This document shows positions 37,946 to 50,574 of a stretch of 64,000 nucleotides of DNA, piece after piece. The stretch lies in assembly GCF_006345805.1 (NCBI RefSeq), contig NC_043014.1, positions 30,566,001 through 30,630,000 on the forward strand, in the 5' to 3' direction. This stretch comes from Octopus sinensis. Its lineage: Eukaryota. Position 1 is the first letter of the stretch, and every line of letters starts with the position of its first letter. Below the pieces are notes generated by a model, which searched no databases, was not told the origin of the DNA, and saw only the letters and a list, made by a program, of their open reading frames with translations. Both the position numbers and the translations under genes were made by a program.

Positions 37946-38778
37946 TGTGTATGACTCCAAACTCCACTACAATATATTGTATAATATATATATATACACA
38001 CACATGTGTGTGCATTTGTGTGTGTATACATATATATGCACACACACACAGACACATATATTATACAATATATTGTAGTGGAGTTAGGAGTCATGCTCTT
38101 GCCAGAAAAGTACTAATAATTCTTGAAATGAATGATTGTGTGGATGGAGGTGGTAGTGTGTGTGTGTTTGTGTTTTCTCCCTTTCTATTTTTGTTTGCTT
38201 CACTCACTTGTTCTAAAATAAACAACAAACAATCTCTGGAGAACTAGGATAGTTTTGATGGCCAATGGAGTTTGAGATTCTTTCTACGGTTACTTTGATC
38301 TCAGAAGAACAACTCGTGATAGAGGGATGGAGATGAAACTAAACAAGGTAAAACAAAACAAAAGAAGAACACAAAAAAAAAGTAGAAACAACTAGACTAA
38401 CCAGCTAAACAGTTGTAACAATTGGCAAAACATCACATGAAAAGCAGAAGAATCAGTTATGGCGTTTAAGTCTATTGGATAGCTTCCAAATTCTTGTTAG
38501 CAGAGACAGAGTTAGTAAAAATGTTTACAGCTTAGGAATATATGACTCAGGTAAAGCACCAAACTAACCTCAATCTTTATTTCCTATTTATATTTTCTGC
38601 TAATTTAAGATTGTCAACCAATCAACCGTAGCCTTGTTAAATACATAATACTTCGGAAATGAGAAAACAATCAAAAATGATGGGAGGGAAGTATAATTGC
38701 ATGCTATTCTAAAGAACATCTCTTTATTATAATTCAGGAGAAATAAGTTAAATATTCTCTTTTTCAGTTTTTTTTTTA

Positions 38779-39039
38779 CCTTTTACTTGTTTCAGTCATT
38801 AAACTGTGGCCATGCTGGGGCACCGCCTTGAAGAATTTTTAGTTGAGTGAATCATTACATCAGCATTGCCTTGGTGAATTCTTAGTTGAATGAATTGACC
38901 CCCGTATATATTTATTTTTTTTTTTAGAGCCTGGTACTTATTCTATCTGGCTCTTTTGCCGAACCGCTAAGTGACGGGGGCGTAAACACACCAGCATCAG
39001 TTGTCAAGCAATGCTAGGGGGACAAACACAGACACACAA

Positions 39040-39075
<36 letters not shown>

Positions 39076-39320
39076 CACACACACACACACACACACACAA
39101 CACACACACACACATATATATATAAACGATGATGATGATGATATACACATATGTACGACAGGCTTCTTTCAGTTTCCGTCAACCAAATCCACTCACAAGG
39201 AATTGGTCGACCCGGGGCTATAGCAGAAGACACTTGCCCAAGATGCCACGCAGTGGGACTGAACCTGGAACCATGTGGTTGGTTAGCAAGCTACTTACCA
39301 CACAGCCACTCCTGCGCCTA
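38779..39320 (-). mobile_element. SINE family A, full length
   Basis: Well-conserved head and tail in reverse. Confidence 0.85.
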
Positions 39321-39616
39321 TATATATACACATACGACAAGCTTCTTTCAGTTTCCATCTACCAAATCCACTCACAATGGGATTAGAACCTGGCATTTCT
39401 TAATCACACAGTTTTAAATGATGCCAGTGTCAAGAGGGGTTATTTGAAGTGTGTCATAAAACTCATGGGAGAGCAGAATAGTAAATTATGAACCTTTACA
39501 CCTTTCCTAATAATATTGGGGATATAAATGAAGCAATTCAAAATAAGAATCTACATCCATTCTCAGACATGATTCATGAAGAACTTACTATCGTATCACG
39601 GCAGCCACTATTTTAA

Positions 39617-39847
39617 TACAGTAATCCCTCACCATATCGCGGTTCACTTATCGCAGTTTATTATTTAAGCTTACGTTGATTCCTCTATGGTGCTGTTTTA
39701 CGTTTATAATAAAATAAATATATACAAATTATAAAAATAATTTTTAAAAATATACAGTGCAGTACTGTTTCTACTTCGTTGGATTTTCCCTTATTGCAGG
39801 GGTGGGGGGTGGAATGTAACACCCACGATGATCGAGGGATTATTGTA
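39617..39847. mobile_element. Tigger/pogo-type MITE
   Basis: tacagtaatccctc ... gagggattattgta TIRs with TA flanks. Confidence 0.75.
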
Positions 39848-40205
39848 ATAACTTATCCTACTCCTGGCCATATGTGTGTGTATGTGCATATGTGAGAGAG
39901 AGGCAGGAGAGAAAGAGAGAGACAGACAGACAGCACTAAGCACAGTCTAACATACTTGAGGTAGTGTGCTGAAAATAATTACTTGAAATTACAGCTTACA
40001 CATACACACACAGATGGATAGAAATATATTGCACTTGTAAGCAAGAATATACTTAATGTATAAAGGGCTTTTTAGAACTCAAACTACAGGACGAAAGTGC
40101 TGCCTATTTCTGAGAATTGAAACTTGAAGATATCTTACACTTAAATCTATTTAGAACAGCAAAACACAAACTTGACCATCAAAATGTATTAAGATTATAT
40201 ATATA

Positions 40206-40251
<46 letters not shown>

Positions 40252-40523
40252 ATATACATATATATATACATATATATATATATACACACACATATATATA
40301 TACATATACATATAAATATATACACACATATATATATATACACACATATATATACATATACATATATGACATATATATACATATACATATACATATAAAT
40401 GACATATATATACATATACATATACATATACATATATATATACATATACATATATATATATATATATATATACATATACAAATATATATATACACACACA
40501 CACACACAAACATATATATATAC

Positions 40524-40971
40524 TTAACCATTTAGCATTCAGTTTTCTGTTAAATGTTATGCTTATTTATTCATATTCTTTTGAATTAATCATGCATGAT
40601 CTCATAATTTTGAGATTGTGACGAGGTGATTGTTATTTTTAGAATGACATAATAGGATAGGCATGAAACACCAGATCTAGCTGGTTTAACCATTTTGATA
40701 CCAATCTGCCTGAAACCGCCTCTGGCTCTGTAGTACAAATGTCTCGTTTTCAAAAGCTCTGAATTAAAATCTTCCACCAAACCTTAGTCACAATTTATGT
40801 TCCTAACACTAGTTTAATAATAACTAAGTTATTTTACTAAATTCTTCATTATATTTAAAACCAATTGAAAGAAACACAAAGCATCTCAACAGAAATATGG
40901 TAACAAAAGGGTTAAACATGAAACAGAATATTTGGACCAAATAAAGTCCAGTTTAAGTGTTAAAGGGTTAA
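40524..40971 (+). mobile_element. MITE family B with nested family C copy (40686-40915) inserted at TTAA
   Basis: Family B halves flank a complete family C element bounded by TTAA at 40686-40689 and 40912-40915. Confidence 0.85.
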
Positions 40972-41054
40972 TGCTTATAAACTTGATATGTTTCTAGCAT
41001 GATACACTTCTGGGAGACTAATAAACCCCTTCATCAGAGGCATCTGATTGAATG

Positions 41055-41325
41055 TCATCATCATCATCAATATTTAATGTCCATTTTCCATATGCTAGCA
41101 TGGGTTAGATGGTTTGACAGGAACTGGCAAAGCCAAGGAGCAAACCAGGCTCCATAGTCTGTTTTGGCTTTTCTAACACCAACCACTTTCCAGAGTGCAC
41201 TGGGTGCTTTTTATGCGACATCATCACCAGTGTTTTTTTATGTGGCACCCACACCAATGCTTTTTACATGGCACTTTGGTTTTAGGATCTCAATTCTGTT
41301 GTGGTGGGTGGGTCTTCTTGAGTAA
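41055..41325 (-). mobile_element. RTE LINE 3' end fragment
   Basis: (CAT)n, gctagcatgggtt and repeated gctttttatg motifs. Confidence 0.75.
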
Positions 41326-42201
41326 AAGAATTTCAAGTTAAGATTAGACAATAAAATGAAATGCAATGTCTGTTTCAGTTATAACTAGAGCAAGATGCAA
41401 AATTTGTGCTTTAATTTATTAATTAATGATTTTTAACTTAACTATAAGGCAACACATTTTGGAGGATAAGTATAGTTGATTAAATATATACCAATAACTG
41501 ACTGGTACTTATTTCATCAACCACAGGATGGTAAAGTCAACTCCAAAGATGTTTGAACTGAGAATGCAAAAGTGATAACTATATGTAAAATTGCATGATA
41601 TTTTGAAAAGAATTCTATGAATTCTACCCTAGTTATTTTGTTATTGTTAAATGACAAAACAAATTTTAAAAAACAAAACAAAGAATTTAGAATAATGACA
41701 GAACATAGAGATAAGTGGGAAGTAAGACAAATTTTAATCGAAATACCATGCAGCTGTTAATATATTCATGCGATAAGAAATGAGTAAGACATTGTAACTA
41801 TAGGGGAGACATTAGCTGACCAATCAAGCTGTTATGATAGCAGCCAAATGTCCTTTAAATCACACAGTCTTACAGTCTTAAGAATGAAAGGACAAGTTAG
41901 ATAATGTAGGCCTAGTTATACCATGTCTGAGAATAAGAGATAGGATGGTCAAGGGTGGAATACTTTTGTTCATAAATCTGCTCAATCAGGACTGATCTGG
42001 GACAAAACAATTACAAAAAAAAAAAACTAACATTTGCAAAAAAATATTTAATCCAGATGAAAAAAAAGTATTAATCCAGAATCTATAGAAATGGATTCTC
42101 AAACCCAGACTTCTGAAATATAACAGAACCTTTCCCTAGAGGATACACTTGTCTATTACAGCCAACTTTCTGAGACCATCCTGATATCAACTTAACAGTC
42201 T

Positions 42202-42651
42202 TTAACCTTTTTAATATTTATATCAACCATATCTAGCTCAAATATTCTACCTGTTTTATGTTCAAACTAACCAGATCTGGCCTCTCCCACCTACCATACC
42301 ATGTCATTATAAAAATAAATAATCGTATCATCGAAATCTTGAAGCTACAAGATAATGCATGATTTATTCAAAACAATGTGAATAAATAAGCTTTACATTT
42401 GACAGAGTAATCTGAATGCTAAAGGGTTAACCCTTCAGTGTTTATACAAGCCATATCCAGTCCAAATATTTTGTTTTATGTTCAAATTGGCCAGATCTGG
42501 CCTTTCACACCTGTCCTACAATGTCATTCCAAAAACAAACACTCCTATCATCAAAATCTCAAGGTTACGAGATGATGCATGATTAATTCAAAACAATGTG
42601 AATAAATAAATATCACATTTGACAGAAAAATCTGAATGCTAAAAAGTTGAA
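42202..42651 (-). mobile_element. Two head-to-tail family B MITEs sharing a TTAA at 42427-42430
   Basis: Junction aatgctaaagggTTAAcccttcagtgttt. Confidence 0.8.
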
Positions 42652-43545
42652 TTACTACTTGCAACACTACACTTTGCTATAAATAGCACCACGTAAGGTA
42701 ATCCATACCAGAGGATCTCAACCTGCCTTTGTCGAGTATCTGACACCATTTCTCTAATGTTGAAAGTAATCATTCAATATTGTCTACTTGGGGATCACTT
42801 AAGACTCAGTGGTGTATGAATGTGCCAGAAGATGGAATATCAAAGTGATATATTTATGAAATAGTCTCTCTAGCAAAACTATTTCACTTCCAATAGTTTG
42901 ATCCACCAAGCTGCAAACATACTGTGAAGAAGAGTGACAGAGTGACAACTTATAACTGGTATCTCATCAATTTGCTGCTTTCAGGTAGTCTCAAATGTTA
43001 TTAACATGTTAACCACCATGGTCAGTTACTGGAACTTACTAGTTATACTACATATTCCCGGTCACACTGCATATTGTTTAATTACAAGGGAATGTAATTT
43101 ATTTTATTTTGACATTTTTGCAATATAACATAAACTTTAATATTTAGCACGCATGTTATCTGAATATCCTTGAAACCATGTCAAAGATAAAATACTTTCT
43201 CAAATTATGAAAATGTACCACTGGTGGTGCTTATAGGGATTGTGTGAAGTTTGCGATGAACCACTAACGGTACATGTGGCAGTTAATATGTTAAACATCA
43301 GTAATAAAATCATATTTCAAAACATGCTATAAACAGTGCCCTAGCTATTCTTCTTAATGGTTATAGGATCAATTAATAATATGGTTTATTACTGACTCCC
43401 TCTTTCCAGATCCTTCTTCCAGTATATTTATTAATATTTCATTTATTATTTAATCCTCTTCTTGCAAGATGGGAAATAAGATTTTGACAATGAATTGCTA
43501 TTGAAAATTATCATCAGCAATTCTCTCTCTCTCTCATATATATAT

Positions 43546-43593
43546 AATTTCAAAGTAAGGTGATTAAAATTTTAATCACCTTACTTTGAAATT
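43546..43593. repeat. Perfect 48-bp palindrome
   Basis: aatttcaaagtaaggtgattaaaa|ttttaatcaccttactttgaaatt. Confidence 0.95.
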
Positions 43594-43800
43594 GTATGGA
43601 TAATACCGTACTAAATTCTGGTACCTCAACTTAAGTACCATATTCATCTGAATATATATATATTGATAAAAATGGTAAGACAACAAAAGAATGAGAGACC
43701 TCGATATTATGTAAATAGAGGAATTTATCTGTAAATGTAATGTGACGATTATTTGGAGTTTTATCATGGCTACCGAATAATCGTCACATATTACATTTAC

Positions 43801-43840
<40 letters not shown>

Positions 43841-43934
43841 TATATATATATCCCTCTCTTTCTTTCTCTCCCCTTTTTCCCTAGCACTCTCTTCCTCTCT
43901 CTACATTCCCCCCTCTCTTTCTGCCTTTTCTCAT

Positions 43935-44300
43935 CTAAGATTCAGTTCTCTCAGCTCACTTTCAATTGTTCAGCTATCCAGGCTTTCACTTTCCAAGTGG
44001 AAACCATCTTAATACTACTTTAGTATCCAATCCAAGTCTATTCAGTGTGTATGGCCAAGCTGTTTGAGCCACCAGCACTTTAATTCAAGAATCCTAATAT
44101 TGCAAACAGTTCCACAGTACAACTCCTCTTTTGATACTTTGTTGGGTTGGAAGTTGCAGCAGATTCTGGTTCGACAATCAGAATGGGAGGCATTGATTTC
44201 ATTTGCATCTCTTTTTACCACAAACAAGCTTTCTGAACAATGACTCTGAACAGATTTGATGTTGTTATTATGAAGTCCAATCTCAGTCCTTAACTTTCAG
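43935..44300 (-). mobile_element. Old RTE-clade LINE ORF2 C-terminal remnant
   Basis: NNNIKSVQSHCSES..KRDANEINASH..RICCNFQPNKVSKEELY..LKQLGH..KVVLRWFPLGK*KPG matches the 'NVKSVLLYGSE..WPNKISNEELY..WLGH..LRW.P.GKRKPG' pattern. Confidence 0.7.
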
Positions 44301-44324
44301 TATATTACTGCTGTTCAATAACTG

Positions 44325-44470
44325 ATTTCAAATTTTGACACAAGGCCACTAATTTCAGGGGAGGGAATAAGTCAATTACATCAACCCCAGTGCTCAAATG
44401 GTACTTATTTTATTGACCCTGAAAGAATGAAAGGCAAAGTTGATGTCGGCAGAATTTGAACTAGGAAAGT
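44325..44470 (-). mobile_element. SINE family D fragment
   Basis: ggtacttattttattgaccctgaaagaatgaaaggcaaagttga. Confidence 0.7.
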
Positions 44471-44503
44471 AAAGAGAATATTTCAAATTTTGTTTATAAA
44501 TGT

Positions 44504-44685
44504 ATATTCTATTGTGTCTGGGGAGAGTCATTTTCTTTTTGTGCCTTATAATTTAACATACTCACCAGTAAAATTTCCACTTATTTTTATTTTCCTAAAA
44601 TAAGAAATAACAGGAAATTTTACCAGCGAGTGTGTTAAATTATAAGGTACAAAAAGAAAATGACTCCCCAGACACAATAGAATAT
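44504..44685. mobile_element. Foldback MITE, ~90-bp arms
   Basis: atattctattgtgtctggg...gtaaaatttcc and ggaaattttac...cccagacacaatagaatat are near-perfectly complementary. Confidence 0.85.
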
Positions 44686-45164
44686 GTTTCAACACACGAA
44701 TTCACATAAAGAATCTTGCAAGCCAAAGCCAAAATATATTTTAATTATCATTAATATTTTTAATGTTGTTATTGTTGTTATTATTATTATTATTGTTATT
44801 ATTATTATTATTATTTGCATTCATGATTGTGAGAATGAAGTTTCAATTCCTAGACCAGGTGGTGCATTATGTTCTTGAGCAAAACATTTCATCTCACATT
44901 GCTCTGCAATCACTTCCACACCTAACATGTGATATACCATGCACCTGTACAGGCAATGGCAATTTGATGAAGACATCGAGCTAATGTACAGAATATGCAT
45001 TTGATCACTATAAACAAATCATTTGTGCAGGTTGTTCAGCATAAGCTGAACACTCATATGCTGTCTTCAATAGGAGTCGTCATCATCATCATCATAGATA
45101 TTCCTATACTCTTTTAACTGTTCTAGCCTTCAGTCATGGTCAAATGTATCTTTTTTTAAATATA

Positions 45165-45540
45165 TCTTTTATTGTTCACTCGTCTCAGTCATTAGACTGC
45201 AGCCATGCTGGGGCACTGCCTTGAAGAATTTTAGTCAAACTTATCGACCCCAACACTTAATTTTTTTTTTAAGCTTGGCATTTATTCTGTCAGTTTCTTT
45301 GCCAAACTGCTAGGTTACAGCGATGTAAACACACTAACACCAGTTGTCAAGTGGTGGTAGGGAATAAACACATACAGAACGATGCACACACACAATGGGC
45401 TTCTTTCAGTTTCCATCAACCAAATCTATGCATAAGGCTTTGGTCAGCCTGAAGCTATAGTAGAAGACATTTGCCCAAGGTACCACTCAGTGGGACTGAA
45501 TCAGGAACCATGTGGCTGAGAAGCAAACTTTTTGCCACAA
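45165..45540 (-). mobile_element. SINE family A
   Basis: Matches the family consensus in reverse. Confidence 0.8.
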
Positions 45541-45611
45541 AATTTATTTGTAAATTTAGTGATAAAAGGTACTCAAGTTCAGTTTTGTAATTGTTCAGCA
45601 ATTTCTCTCTT

Positions 45612-45663
<52 letters not shown>

Positions 45664-45668
45664 CTCAG

Positions 45669-45901
45669 TTAACCCTTTCATTACCAACCCGCCTGAAACC
45701 AGCTCTAGCTCTGTAGTACAAATGTCTTGTTTTCATAAGTTTTGAATTAAAATCTTCCACCAAACCTTTAGTCACAATTAATGTTCCTAACACTAGCTGA
45801 ATGATAACTAAGTTATTTTACTAAATTCTTAGTTATATCTAAAATAACTGAGAGGAAACACAAAATAAATCTCAAAATAAATACAGTAATGAAAGGGTTA
45901 A
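45669..45901 (-). mobile_element. MITE family C
   Basis: TTAA-bounded; TIR ttaaccctttcattac / gtaatgaaagggttaa. Confidence 0.85.
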
Positions 45902-46112
45902 GCAAATAGCAGTGAATGTTATAGAAAAAAACAGGCCTTGTGAAATGACAAGCAATCACGTATTGGAATGAAAGGAATTTTTGTAAATAATAAATAAAAA
46001 CTCATTGAAGCAACAAAGTCAGAGGAATATTAGCAAATTAAAAGGAAGAAAAACACCAAATCAAGCATTGATTCATTCTGCTGAAGACATTTCATGAACA
46101 AACTTTACTCAC

Positions 46113-46323
46113 CTTAGTTGACGTTCTAGGTAGGTCTTCTGTTCTTTCTCTTCAATTGGATACTCTGGTATTTCAAAAGGGGCTGATGCTACTTTGAGAG
46201 AATTGGACTGGCTCCGATGAAGAATTGAATCAGCCACTTTACGGAACTCATCATCAACTGTTTTCGTCACGTGTTTCGACATTTTTATATCACTTGGACA
46301 CAAAGTATGACTCTCGGGTGAGT
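46113..46323 (-). CDS. AMPD2: Internal coding exon of AMP deaminase (AMPD2-like), N-terminal region
   Basis: Acceptor tgttgtttttgacag|, donor AAG|gtgagt; 211 nt, phase 1 to 2. Peptide ..DDEFRKVADSIL..SAPFEIPEYPIEEKEQKTYLERQL resembles, from recall, the conserved AMPD2/insect AMPD motif SAPYE(F/V)P..PIEQ.E....LERQ. Confidence 0.8.
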
Positions 46324-46904
46324 CTGTCAAAAACAACAGACAGGCAAATGAGAATACACGAATTTAAAGTGTTCAGAAGATAAGGAAGAAATATTCAAAC
46401 TCTAATATTTTTACACAATGACTGTCAACTTGATTATAAAGATGCTGAATGGTACAGCTTTTAAATGACCTCGTTTCAAACTGAACTTATTAAATGAACT
46501 TATTAAAGCAACAACAATATAGCTTATCTCACAATCAGGACAGTGTACACAGTGTGGTAATGTGTGAGTATGTGTGTGTGAGCACACGTGTCTGTGTGTG
46601 TACATATATATATGTGTATGTGAGAGCATATATATACTTACACACACACACATATATACATATGTGTGTGTGTGTGTGTGTGTGTTGTTCTCTTAAGGGC
46701 CTATACTTATTCTACTTCTCAAACCACTGACTTTGTTGCATACAAAAGCAGTATGTTTTTACCACCTAAAATTTTATACAACACATACTTAGAGAGACAT
46801 ATAGAATTGTGGGGAATGTGCTATGTAGTAGTGCCTAGTATATCTAAACACTATCATTCCAGCCATAAAATACCTTGTTGGCCAGGTACTAATTCTGAAA
46901 TAAA

Positions 46905-47300
46905 AGGCTTGGGTGTGTGATAAAAAGTTTGCTTCCCCAACCACATGGTTCTGGGTTCATTCCCAAGGCATGGCACCTTGGGCAAGTGTCTTCTACCAAA
47001 GCCTTTTGAGTGGATTTGGTGGACAGAAACTGAAAGAAGCCCATCATATGTATGTGTGTGTGCGCACACATGCATGTGTGTGTTTGTCTTTGTGTCATTG
47101 TTTGTCCCCCACCACCACTTGACAACCAGTACTGCTGTGTTTACAGACCCCCCATAACTTAGCGGTTTGGCAAACAGAGAAATAGAATAGGTATCAGGCT
47201 TTAAAAAAAAATAAGTACTGAGGTGCACTCATTCGACAAAGATTCTTCAAGGTGGTGCCCCAGCATGGCCATAATCTAATAACTGAAACAAGCAAAAGAA
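46905..47300 (+). mobile_element. SINE family A
   Basis: Head, CORE ccttgggcaagtgtcttc and tail present. Confidence 0.83.
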
Positions 47301-48199
47301 TATTAAATACACACAAACTCACAAAAAGAGAGAATGTATGAAGATAAAGAAAAGAATCCCAGGTCTGAGGAGCACTGAGACAAAATGAGGAGGATTCAAG
47401 AAAGGAGATGTTAAATGAATGTTAATTGTAATAGAGTGGTAGTAGAATAGGAGTGTTAGTGTGAGGTGCAGGAATGTCAGTTTATAAGATTAAACTGTTT
47501 TCCTTTCTCCTTCCCTTTCTCTTGATTCCACCCCCCCTTTCTGTTATTTTCTTTCTCTTTCTCTTCAGATCTCACTCACTCTCTCTAATTTTCTCTCTCA
47601 TTCTCTTATATCACAACATTTATACATACATAAAACACATACACACTCATAACTCTCAGGTTATATTGATTAAAAAGTATAACCTGAGAGTGATACAATA
47701 TAGCTTTTAAAATTCTTCCTTTAAAAATGCAGCTGCAATAGTCTGAAAACGTCAAAGATGAATTTTCAAAGTTTGATGTTCCAAAAGCATTGCAAAGGTC
47801 TTCAAAAAGTTAGTATACAATTTCAAATACCATGCAAGACAGAACATACATGCACAGTGGACTCTCATGTCATAGATGACAGATGAACGTTCTGCAACTC
47901 TTGGCTGAACAACTTGCATGGATGATGTGTTTATAATCATTAAATGCATGTGCTATAGCCCACTCTCTCCATCAAATCAACATTGCCTGAACAGATGCAT
48001 GGTGTGTCGTATGTCAGATATTGAAGTACTCGCAGAGCGATATGACATGAAGTGTCCAGCTCCAGAGCACAATGCACCACCTGATCTGGGAATGGAAACC
48101 ACAATCTCATCACAATCATGAGTGCAACATTCTAACAACTGGGCCACGTGTTCTCACTACAAAAATACATACATACATATTTTTCTTTTCTTTTTTTTT

Positions 48200-48593
48200 C
48201 TTTTTTACTTGTTTCAGTCATTTGACTGCGGCCATGCTGGAGCACCGCCTTTAGTCGAGCAAATCGACCCCGGGACTTATTCTTTGTAAGCCCAGTACTT
48301 ATTCTATCATTCTCTTTTGCCGAACCGCTAACTGACGGGGATGTAAACACACCAGCATCGGTTGTCAAGCAATGCTAGAGGGACAAACACAGACACACAA
48401 ACACATATATATATATATATATATACATATATACGACAGGCTTCTTTCAGTTTCTGTCTACCAAATCCACTCACAAGGCTTTGGTCGGCCCGAGGCTATA
48501 GCAGAAGACACTTGCCCAAGATGCCACACAGTGGGACTGAACCCAGAACCATGTGGTTGGTTAGCAAGCTACTTACCACACAGCCATCCTGCA

Positions 48594-48595
<2 letters not shown>
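48200..48595 (-). mobile_element. SINE family A, full length, young
   Basis: CpG-retaining, consensus-like copy. Confidence 0.87.
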
Positions 48596-48665
<70 letters not shown>

Positions 48666-48739
48666 AGAGAGAGAGAGAGAGAGAGAAACATACACACATA
48701 TATACACATGTATATATACACATACACACACATATATTA

Positions 48740-49185
48740 TGTATGATTTTTCTTTAAGTTCTGTTTAATTTCTTGAGAGAGTTCAAGCTGGTTGCTAACA
48801 AAGTGACAAGTCCTTTTGAATTAAGAGACTTCCCAGTGTTTTTAAATATGTGGCTGGGTTGGTGTGTTGGTTGAAGTGTCAATGCTTAAACACAAGCATG
48901 TGCATTGTATTCACATAAGAATCTCAGATGGAGAATTTTTGTTATGTCTTACAAATCTTCACTGTGCCATTAATAGACTGGATTTGGAGAATCCACATCA
49001 GTTTCTTTTGCTCTTTCTCTTTCTCTTTAAAACTAAGTATTTCTAGGATTTTGTGCAAACTTCTTGGTATATAACCTAAAGCACCTAAGACAATAAGTAT
49101 AAATAAGAATTCATACTCAGAGTACGAGAGCTGTAAGTTCTTCATAAATTTGCCATAAATGTTTTCCATAGATTTTTGATTGTAC
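48740..49185 (-). mobile_element. Dong/R4-type LINE 3' fragment (restriction-like endonuclease C-terminus)
   Basis: ENIYGKFMKNLQLSYSEYEFLFILIVLGALGYIPRSL...LQIQSINGTVKICKT, followed by 3'UTR running into an ATAC/TA microsatellite. Confidence 0.75.
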
Positions 49186-49186
49186 A

Positions 49187-49345
49187 CAGAAGTGGCTGTG
49201 TGGTAAGTAGCTTGCTTACCAGCCACATGGTTTCGGGTTCAGTCCCACTGCATGGCACCTTGGGCAAGTGTCTTCTACTATAGCCTCGGGCTGACCAAAG
49301 CCTTGTGAGTGGATTTGGTAAACAGAAACTGAAAGGAACCCGTCG

Positions 49346-49401
<56 letters not shown>

Positions 49402-49432
49402 ATAAATATATATGTATGTATATATATATATG

Positions 49433-49465
<33 letters not shown>

Positions 49466-49670
49466 ATGCATGTGTTTGTGTGTCTGTCTTTGCACCCCCC
49501 ACACACACACACAACATTGCTTGACAACCGATACTGGTGTGCTTACGTCCCTGTAACTTAGTGGTTCGGCATAAGAGATCAATACAAAGAATATGTCCTG
49601 GAGTTGATTTCCTTGACTAAAAGTGGTGATCCAGCATGGCCACAGTCAAATGACTGAACAAATAAAAGAG
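49187..49670 (+). mobile_element. SINE family A, full length
   Basis: Head, TA/TG microsatellite and tail. Confidence 0.85.
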
Positions 49671-50144
49671 TATGTATGTATGTATGCATGCATGTATGTA
49701 CATGTATTCATGTATAAGTATATGCATTTGTAATATTATTGTTTATGTCTAATCAGAGGCTAAAGATTTCAGATTTCATACTTAAACTATCACAAAAAGA
49801 GTTCATTGTAGCAAATATTTTTAATTCCTGATTTAGTCATCCATTTTATGTATCTGAACACATCATTTTTGTTTTCTTTATTCATTTTCTTTAATCAGCT
49901 GTAAAAATAATCAGTGATCCTTTGCCAAAACTATTAGTAGCAATTAGAAATATCAAATTTTCACTGAAGTTTTGAGAAATGGTGATTTGATCTAATTCTT
50001 AGGTATTTACTCACAAAGAATCCAGTGTCTAAGACCAAAAATTCCAGCACAAATAAACATGTACATTTATTGAAGGTTTTTGCTCTCTCTCTCTCTCGCT
50101 CTGACAGTCTTTAAATATCTACCAATACAGAAAGTTACTTCTCA

Positions 50145-50525
50145 AACTGTATGGTAAGAAATTTGCTTCCTAACCACATGGTTTTAGGTTCAGTCCCACT
50201 GTGTGACTGGGCCCCTACTAGAACCAGTAACTCAGGGCCAACTAAAGCCTTGCAAATGGAAGTGGTAGATGGAAACCAAAAGAAGCTTGCTGTGCGGGGG
50301 GGAGGCGTGCGGGGGGGAGGCGTGCGGGGGGGAGGCGTGCGTGTGCACGCTTGAAAACCGGAGTTGGTGTGTTTACATCTCCACCACTTGGCAATTCAGC
50401 ACAAGTGACTGATAGAATAAGCACCAGGCTTAAAAATAAGTACTGGAGATGATTTGTTCAACTAGACCCCTGAAGGTTGCTCCAGCATAGCCACAGTCCA
50501 ATGACTGAAACAAGTAAAAGACAAA
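50145..50525 (+). mobile_element. SINE family A, diverged, with internal (GTGCGGGGGGGAGGC)x3
   Basis: Head and tail similarity; 15-bp G-rich tandem repeat at ~50292-50340. Confidence 0.7.
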
Positions 50526-50574
50526 GGATAATATGTTTAAAAATGATAAAAATCAGTAGTTCACTGACAAATCC

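Noticed and set aside
39129-39417. Recurrent ORFs such as '[40 protein letters not shown]'
   Set aside because: Antisense translations of SINE family A heads, not a protein family.
43040-43066. 27-nt segment with GTAAGT donor
   Set aside because: Stop codons in all three frames and a poor pyrimidine tract.
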